From: Flavobacteriales bacterium
Lineage (GTDB): Bacteria; Bacteroidota; Bacteroidia; UBA10329
DNA length: 32,000 bases
Assembly: GCA_018402015.1 (NCBI GenBank)
Contig: JAGYJL010000021.1
Span: forward strand, 1 to 32,000
Direction of reading: 5' to 3'
Shown: positions 26,175 through 32,000 of the stretch, piece after piece
Layout: each line of letters starts with the position of its first letter
Numbering within the stretch: position 1 is the first letter of the stretch
Notes under the pieces: generated by a model
Told to the model about the DNA's origin: nothing
Seen by the model: only the letters and a program-made list of their open reading frames with translations
Databases searched by the model: none
Program-made: the position numbers and the translations under genes

Positions 26175-27566
26175 TCAGATGTGCTTAGTGAAGTGTAAGA
26201 AAAAACCATGCTCTAAATTCTTGTTTACGGAGTATTCCGCTCTCCAAGAAATATCATAGAAAGTTACTAGATCGATTCCCAATCCTCCGCCTAGAAGTAG
26301 GCTTCCGGCAAGTGGATTACCAAAATTGTATTGATTATCGATAACGAATCCCATGTCAAAATTCAGATTTGCGTACAGCGCCAACGGCAGCGTGTTGAAT
26401 TTGTTCGACTTTAAGAATTTCAATTTGACCTTTCGAAAGGGAAGTATGGCCCATTTCAACCCCGTTTTGAGCAAACCATAATGTTGACCATCTACAACAT
26501 ATCGTTCGTATCCCCGTACAAAATCTCTTTCGTACCCTAGTCCTCGCTGCAATGAGTAGGCTTGATTATTGGTTGACGAAACCTTGATCTTTTGACCATG
26601 TGCGAAGTACCACCTTTTGTGAAGTTGCCAATACTTGGCAAACTCTACTTCTAAGGACCACATGTCGATGGGACTATCGAAAATTCGGAACCCATCTTTA
26701 CGAACTCGAAGTTCAAACCTGTAGCCTTTCAACGGATAATCTGTGTAATCTGTAAGGTCTCTGGTTACCTCATATTCAACCGAAAAATACTTTACCACAT
26801 TCTCTCCAGCTCCAAAATACTCTGGCTGAAGTTTGGCTACCGAATCCAGAATCCAGAAATGTGTAAACCCTAACTCCAATTTATGGACGTTGTAGAGGTT
26901 TGGGCGCCAACGGGGTGTAATGGTTCCAAAAGCTTCTCTTCTGATATTCCGATTTGGATTCTTGTAGAAAACGCGCCTGTTATCTACCGTTGCGTACGCC
27001 ACTTCATGACCTTGTCTGTAGCCACCTTGAAATTCTATTCCCCACTTCTGAGCGTGATCCAGATACGGGATCTCGTACCTAAGTTCGTATTGGTTGTTGT
27101 ACCCGAATCGAAGATGTAAAGTCAACTCTTCGCGCCTACCTCGAAAGTTGCTCCATTTCACCAATGTACCGTAATCCAATCTGTCCCATCGCATGGTTTC
27201 GAGCCATTCGCTGAAGTTACGGTCAGCAAATTCAACGAAAGGAATAGGCCAAACGTACCATCGCTCGGTAACACGAACCACCACATCTATTTCGTTCGGA
27301 CCGTACCAGCAGGTATCAATCTCCACAAAGTTGAATAGCTGAAGATTCCACACATTACCCTTAGATCGCTCCAGGTGATACGCAACCTGACTTCTTGGAA
27401 CGGATTGTCCTTCTCGGATGGTCATTTCGCGAAGCAGAATACGCTCTTGGGTTATCTTGTTTCCCTCGAAGGTTAAGGAACCAATAATAACATCGTCCTG
27501 TGCAATTGCGGTCAGGTGAAGAAGAATGAAGAAAAGGAGAAAAAAACGGGAAAGGAGTTGAACCAC
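26175..27566 (-). CDS. POTRA-domain / BamA-TamA-family outer membrane protein
   Basis: 463 aa with a signal peptide, a POTRA-like segment FEGNKITQERILLREMTIREG, and an aromatic-rich beta-barrel body. The GTG start shares 1 nt with the CBS-gene stop. Confidence 0.7.
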   Translation of the reverse strand: MVQLLSRFFLLFFILLHLTAIAQDDVIIGSLTFEGNKITQERILLREMTIREGQSVPRSQVAYHLERSKGNVWNLQLFNFVEIDTCWYGPNEIDVVVRVTERWYVWPIPFVEFADRNFSEWLETMRWDRLDYGTLVKWSNFRGRREELTLHLRFGYNNQYELRYEIPYLDHAQKWGIEFQGGYRQGHEVAYATVDNRRVFYKNPNRNIRREAFGTITPRWRPNLYNVHKLELGFTHFWILDSVAKLQPEYFGAGENVVKYFSVEYEVTRDLTDYTDYPLKGYRFELRVRKDGFRIFDSPIDMWSLEVEFAKYWQLHKRWYFAHGQKIKVSSTNNQAYSLQRGLGYERDFVRGYERYVVDGQHYGLLKTGLKWAILPFRKVKLKFLKSNKFNTLPLALYANLNFDMGFVIDNQYNFGNPLAGSLLLGGGLGIDLVTFYDISWRAEYSVNKNLEHGFFLHFTKHI

Positions 27567-28225
27567 TAGATATTGATGTACCGCATCAATTCGTCATAGC
27601 GGCCTTTGAGGTCCTCAAGATGTGCACTTTCTTGGAAATATGCAATTACCTCATATCCATAGCGCTCTAAACTCTGTATGATGGAACCAACTTCCTCACG
27701 GTTCACCTTTAAAGTGAGCTCCAATTTGCTTGTCTCTGGTCGCTCAAACACGTAACTGCTAAGGATCTTGGCGTTGTTCGATTCTACCACGTGTGCCACT
27801 TGCGCCAACGAATAATCGTTCTTATTCAGGTTGAGTACGATGATTCCACCAGGCTGATTTATAACCGCCAGCTCTTCAAACTTTGTAACAAGTTCAGAAA
27901 GTGTGATGCAACCAAGGTATCGGTCATTCGAATCCAATACTGCTATGACAGAAAGATCTGTTGCGGTCAACTTCCGAATTACAGAATAAATGTGCTGCGA
28001 TTCTAGAACATAAGACATGTTGAATACATCCTTTGATGCGATGACGGTATCGTCCTTTTCGCCATCCAAGATGTTGTCTTCGCTAATTAGACCGAGGAAT
28101 TCTTGCCCATCAACAACAGGAAGATGCGACACTTTGAATTCATCCATCCAAGCCAAAGCACGTGCCACCTCGTCATTTGGTCTGAGGGGCGGAACAACTT
28201 TAGATATGAGTTCTCTGGCTAGCAT
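27566..28225 (-). CDS. CBS-domain protein
   Basis: 219 aa with a CBS pair (VSHLPVVDGQEFLGLISEDNIL; SVIAVLDSNDRYLGCITLSEL) and a small C-terminal domain. Confidence 0.85.
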   Translation of the reverse strand: MLARELISKVVPPLRPNDEVARALAWMDEFKVSHLPVVDGQEFLGLISEDNILDGEKDDTVIASKDVFNMSYVLESQHIYSVIRKLTATDLSVIAVLDSNDRYLGCITLSELVTKFEELAVINQPGGIIVLNLNKNDYSLAQVAHVVESNNAKILSSYVFERPETSKLELTLKVNREEVGSIIQSLERYGYEVIAYFQESAHLEDLKGRYDELMRYINI

Positions 28226-28317
28226 TTGTTAGGATCGCTTGCAAAGTAAACGTAATCTGTTTCGAATTTGTTATGCCGATTGGCGAAATACCTAACATCA
28301 ATTTGTTTGCCACACTC

Positions 28318-28325
28318 TACTTTTG
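28318..28325 (+). promoter_or_regulatory. candidate -7 box (TACTTTTG) upstream of pdxJ
   Basis: Exact TAnnTTTG match 26 nt upstream of the ATG at 28351. It overlaps the palindrome CTTTTGG-CGG-CCAAAAG (28320-28336). Confidence 0.3.
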
Positions 28326-28350
28326 GCGGCCAAAAGAGAGCCGTACAAGG

Positions 28351-29070
28351 ATGACTACAACTAAACTGAGTGTCAACATCAACAAAATTGCAACACTACG
28401 GAACAGCCGTGGTGGGACTAATCCAAGTGTTGTTGAAGCCGCCATCAAAGCCCAGCAGTTCGGAGCCGATGGGATTACCATTCACCCTCGGCCAGATGAG
28501 AGACACATTCGCTACCAGGATGCCGTGGATCTAAAGCCTGTTGTTACCACTGAGTTCAATATTGAAGGTTATCCGAACGAGAAATTCATGCAGTTGGTGT
28601 TGGATCTGAAGCCTAGTCAAGTGACCTTAGTGCCTGATCCTCCTGGTGTGCTTACCTCCAATGCTGGCTGGAACACTATCAGGCATCAATCTCTGCTCCA
28701 GGACATAATTGGTAAGTTGAAGCATGCTGGTATCCGTAGTTCTATTTTCATTGAAACAGATGAAAAAATGATACGAGCTGCCAAAGAGACTGGCACCGAC
28801 CGCATTGAGCTTTACACGGAAACCTATGCCGTTGGTTTTGCTTCTGATAAGGAAGCTGCTATAGCTCCATTTGTAGAAGCTGCGCTAATTGCGCATGAAG
28901 TCGGTCTTGGTATTAACGCGGGTCATGACCTTAGTTTGGAAAACCTGAAATACTTTGCGGAGAACATTCCGAATCTATTGGAGGTTTCGATAGGACACGC
29001 GCTTATTTCCGATGCCATTTATTTCGGACTGAGCAACACGGTGAAAATGTACAAGAATTGTCTTCGGTGA
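28351..29070 (+). CDS. pdxJ: pyridoxine 5'-phosphate synthase
   Basis: LSVNINKIATLRNSRGG, ITIHPRPDERHI and GINAGHDL. I chose the ATG at 28351 (239 aa) over the ORF-track start at 28273, whose extra 26 aa have no PdxJ counterpart. Confidence 0.93.
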   Translation: MTTTKLSVNINKIATLRNSRGGTNPSVVEAAIKAQQFGADGITIHPRPDERHIRYQDAVDLKPVVTTEFNIEGYPNEKFMQLVLDLKPSQVTLVPDPPGVLTSNAGWNTIRHQSLLQDIIGKLKHAGIRSSIFIETDEKMIRAAKETGTDRIELYTETYAVGFASDKEAAIAPFVEAALIAHEVGLGINAGHDLSLENLKYFAENIPNLLEVSIGHALISDAIYFGLSNTVKMYKNCLR

Positions 29071-29834
29071 AGTTGAATTTCAAAGAATATGGCAACGGGA
29101 AACCGTTGGTGATCCTTCATGGACTATTTGGTTCTTTGGATAACTGGTTCTCGTTGGCCAAAGCCTTTTCCGACAAGCATCATGTTTATCTGGTCGATCA
29201 ACGGAACCATGGGCAATCGCCACATACCGACACCCATACCTACGAAGAAATGGCCGATGATCTGTTGGGGTTTTTCGTAGAACATGGGCTGAAGGATGCG
29301 ATTTTGATAGGACACTCTATGGGAGGAAAAAGTGCAATGACCTTTGCAGCAGAGCATTCGAACCTTCTTGAAAAGCTTGTAGTAGTTGATATGGGTGTAA
29401 AGCAATATCCGGTTCATCATGATCTTATAATCAGAGCCATGCAAGCACTGGATCTGCACAATATTTCATCGCGAAGCGAAGCAGAAGAAGAACTGCAACA
29501 TTTGTTGGATGAAGAAGAAAGCACCATCCAATTCCTTTTGAAGAACATCTATCGCCAGAAGCAAGAAGACGGGTCAACGAATTACGCGTGGCGTTTCAAT
29601 TTGGATGTTTTGGCTGAAGACATTGAAGAAATGGGCTTGCCAGTTTTGAAGGGTTCGAACACTGAAGCGCTCTTTCTCTATGGAACTAGATCCAAGTATG
29701 TTTTAGAAAGCGACAAGGCAGAAATCCTCTCCCTGTTTCCGAATGCCACTTTCAAGAGTTTGAACACTGGACATTGGGTACACGCTCAAGACCCAGAAGG
29801 TTTTGTAGCTGCAGTAAACGCGTTCATTGCTTGA
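29058..29834 (+). CDS. alpha/beta-fold hydrolase
   Basis: HGLFGS, the nucleophile elbow GHSMGG, and a C-terminal GHWVHAQ. The start is either the TTG at 29058 or the GTG at 29067 (GTGA overlap with the pdxJ stop). Confidence 0.85.
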   Translation: MSSVKLNFKEYGNGKPLVILHGLFGSLDNWFSLAKAFSDKHHVYLVDQRNHGQSPHTDTHTYEEMADDLLGFFVEHGLKDAILIGHSMGGKSAMTFAAEHSNLLEKLVVVDMGVKQYPVHHDLIIRAMQALDLHNISSRSEAEEELQHLLDEEESTIQFLLKNIYRQKQEDGSTNYAWRFNLDVLAEDIEEMGLPVLKGSNTEALFLYGTRSKYVLESDKAEILSLFPNATFKSLNTGHWVHAQDPEGFVAAVNAFIA

Positions 29835-29837
29835 AAC

Positions 29838-29874
29838 AAAAAAGCCGCTGACCTTTCGGACAACGGCTTTTTTA
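29838..29874. terminator. candidate bidirectional terminator between convergent genes
   Basis: AAAAAAGCCG...CGGCTTTTTT, with A-run and T-run flanks and an imperfect inner stem. It sits between the stops at 29834 (+) and 29890 (-). Confidence 0.5.
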
Positions 29875-29889
29875 TTGATTCCTATCAAT

Positions 29890-32000
29890 TTACTGAAGCA
29901 CCACCTTCAAGGCTGTTCTTCCGTTCTCTCCCTCAACCGCAACGTGATAGATTCCTGCGTCAAGATTCGATAGATCGAACATCTCACGTGAGGTTCCAGC
30001 GCTGAAGTTCTTCGTTCTTGTTGAAACCGTTCTTCCAGTTACATCCAATACCATAATGGTCAATGTCTGCGATTCTTTCAAGCTCAGATTCAACGCAGCA
30101 ATACCATCTGTTGGGTTCGGAAAAATGGAGAAATCTCCTTCCAATTGCTCAACAATTCCGTTGGGCGTAACAGTACAAGGCGTGGCCTGCTCGCCTATGT
30201 AAGTAAGTGTTTCAAAATCGATGTAGCATACCCAATTAACGCTATCAACAAATGGGTTTCTGTTGCCTTGCTCGCTCTCGATAAAATCATTTCGTGCAAT
30301 TTCCCACGCGTCTGGTGGATCTTGCCAATGCCATTGCTTCAACACGTCCTGATCCTGTCCGTACTGAACAATGAAATCGATCGGATTAGGAAGCTCCCAT
30401 GTTCCACCTGTTCCGTTCCATTTGGTGGCCATGTAGAAAATAGCTCTTGCTGCATCTCCCTTATGCTGATCGCGCGGTTCGTAAACACGCTGCCCATCTG
30501 CATTATCTCCGTATTGGGCATCAAGGAAAAAGCTAGCCTGTGTTACCACTTCGCCTAACGGGCGGTTACTACGAACTGCATTTGCATTGTCTTGATGAAC
30601 AGGAAAAAGGTTGTGCATATCAGAGTATTCCATTCCTTCTTGGTCTGGGAATGTTGGCATCCAACTGTGCGGCCAAGAATGTTCTCTGCTTAACACATCA
30701 AAGAAGAATGCGCCCGTGTAGATGTGCTGAAAACCAGAGTAAACGTCCGTTATTACGCTTTGCCCATCTGTAGTGTCTCTAGATGCGAATTTCTCTAGCA
30801 TGATCGGACTGTAATTGCTGTAGAAGATCTGGTCGTAATTCTGGCTGATACGCGTTTGAAGGTCCTCTAAAAAGGTATTTGCTCCAGCATCGATTCCGTT
30901 GTAGTAATTGCCCACCATAGAACCGCTTGAAGTAACATTGCCAATAAGAGGCGAATCGGTAAGGTAATTCTCGTATCCAGCAGGACCATTATAAGCGAAA
31001 GCTGCGAAATGATATTCTGTACCAGCAATAACATACTTAGGTCTGAACTGTGCGGCTGGCCCAATATAAACCACTTGAGTATTGTTGATATAATCGCCCT
31101 TCACATATGTTTCACCATCCGCTGGAATTTCTGTAACAGCACTACCAATGTTTCTTAAAACGATGTAGTTCTCCGGAACCTCTGAAGCATCTGCAAACGT
31201 TACGTTGTAACCGTAAGAAGTTGTTCCGCTGAAAGCCAGGTTTGTTGGTTGTGCAGTTGGCTCGGTAGCATAATCGCCACCAATTCCATAAAGATCAATT
31301 ACGTACGAAGTCTCATCACCGTTGGCATCATCGTTAGTAATGGTTAGCGTGGCAAAACGAGAACCCATTCCTCCAGCTGAAAAGTTCACCTGAAAGTCAA
31401 TGCTTCCTTCGGCACTTATTGCTGTTGGGATCGTTAAATTGGTTAAGCTGAAATCTGCCGCATTCGTTCCTGTTATCTGTGCATTAGAGACATTAAGGAC
31501 GTTGCCACCAGCCAAATTCACATTCTGGATTGTGAAATTTGTCTGCGCTATGTTTCCAATGACATACGTAGAGTTGTTTACCACAGGAGTTCCAGCCACG
31601 TTCACCCCGATCTCCTGTGCCGATGTTGGCACCTGAGGTATCAGTTCCACTTCATCTAACCCTACGTTACGGCCACTCTGTTTATTGGTAAAATACCAAC
31701 GGATGTATCGCGTGTTAGATTGCGGCACATCGGTAAATTCAGTGTATGTGGAAATGGCGCTCAAATCGGCTTGCTGAAATACACGAAGGTCGGTCCAAAC
31801 ATTGCCATCAACACTTTCCTGAACAGAGAATACATCGTTGCTAGCGTTTCCCTGACCTACCAGAAAATAGGTCACTCCTCCACAAACATCGCTGAAATGA
31901 ACTTCAACGTACTCGTCATCGCCATCCAATCTGCAGGCGGCTCCAACAGCTCCGTTGGTATAGCGCGTATTGCCAGGGTTGTTGGAAAGCTCTTCAACCC
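29890..32000 (-). CDS. T9SS-sorted multidomain extracellular nuclease (endonuclease I domain), 5'-truncated by window edge
   Basis: Endonuclease-I-type blocks REHSWPHSWMP, DMHNLFPVHQDNANAVRSNRPLGEV and YEPRDQHKGDAARAIFYMATKW. Upstream are beta-sandwich-like domains (FATLTITNDDANGDETSYVIDLYG) and an FN3-like segment. The C-terminal FSIFPNPTDG...GIYHVAVEGENGRTALKVVLQ is a T9SS CTD. The frame stays open upstream of the TTG at 31929 to the window end. Confidence 0.8.
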   Translation of the reverse strand, partial: VEELSNNPGNTRYTNGAVGAACRLDGDDEYVEVHFSDVCGGVTYFLVGQGNASNDVFSVQESVDGNVWTDLRVFQQADLSAISTYTEFTDVPQSNTRYIRWYFTNKQSGRNVGLDEVELIPQVPTSAQEIGVNVAGTPVVNNSTYVIGNIAQTNFTIQNVNLAGGNVLNVSNAQITGTNAADFSLTNLTIPTAISAEGSIDFQVNFSAGGMGSRFATLTITNDDANGDETSYVIDLYGIGGDYATEPTAQPTNLAFSGTTSYGYNVTFADASEVPENYIVLRNIGSAVTEIPADGETYVKGDYINNTQVVYIGPAAQFRPKYVIAGTEYHFAAFAYNGPAGYENYLTDSPLIGNVTSSGSMVGNYYNGIDAGANTFLEDLQTRISQNYDQIFYSNYSPIMLEKFASRDTTDGQSVITDVYSGFQHIYTGAFFFDVLSREHSWPHSWMPTFPDQEGMEYSDMHNLFPVHQDNANAVRSNRPLGEVVTQASFFLDAQYGDNADGQRVYEPRDQHKGDAARAIFYMATKWNGTGGTWELPNPIDFIVQYGQDQDVLKQWHWQDPPDAWEIARNDFIESEQGNRNPFVDSVNWVCYIDFETLTYIGEQATPCTVTPNGIVEQLEGDFSIFPNPTDGIAALNLSLKESQTLTIMVLDVTGRTVSTRTKNFSAGTSREMFDLSNLDAGIYHVAVEGENGRTALKVVLQ

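Noticed and set aside
28273-28350. Upstream extension of pdxJ from the ORF-track start
   Set aside because: The extra 26 aa (MPIGEIPNINLFATLYFWRPKESRTR) have no PdxJ counterpart and would swallow the candidate promoter. The ATG at 28351 gives a standard-length PdxJ.
1-32000. tRNA, rRNA, tmRNA or transposase/IS elements
   Set aside because: I found no T-loop-type GGTTCGAATCC motif outside coding context, no rRNA-like segments, and no transposase-like ORF or terminal inverted repeats beyond the small repeat families described.

Overview
The window reads as a mostly core Bacteroidota (Flavobacteriia/Cytophagia-like) chromosome segment. The lineage call is an inference from T9SS C-terminal sorting domains, the uppS-bamA-skp-skp-murI gene order, DUF6089-type OMPs and TAnnTTTG-type promoter boxes.

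Plus strand:
- a very tight operon: RND/MMPL exporter (5'-truncated), rfbA, SDR epimerase, polyprenyl synthase, small hypothetical
- sucA-sucB
- a gamma-carbonic-anhydrase-like gene
- pdxJ plus an alpha/beta hydrolase

Minus strand:
- nifU-like gene
- the envelope cluster CBS, POTRA/BamA-like OMP, nadK, two DUF6089-like OMPs, uppS, bamA, two skp/ompH, murI
- a T9SS-sorted multidomain endonuclease I that runs off the window end

I found no rRNA, tRNA, CRISPR array, transposase or integrase.

Two things are not ordinary.

1. The interval 15.45-18.19 kb, between the gamma-CA-like gene and murI, is an accessory islet. It holds three minus-strand toxin-antitoxin cassettes: one intact DUF4258/YgiT-zinc-finger pair and two decayed ParE-type pairs. 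Each cassette ends in the same co-oriented composite repeat (called A/B here; 5 copies plus fragments). These are interspersed with a 25-bp-arm hairpin repeat (C; 3 copies). The layout is cassette-array-like, but no recombinase is visible.

2. Frameshift-disrupted genes are strikingly concentrated between 9.36 and 17.9 kb, while roughly 20 kb of flanking housekeeping ORFs are intact. The disrupted genes are:
- the sucB C-terminus
- ykgJ
- a thioredoxin-fold T9SS protein
- a ~3.4-kb glycine-rich/collagen-like T9SS adhesin
- four of the six TA genes

Whether this is genuine pseudogenisation or localised assembly error cannot be decided from the sequence alone.
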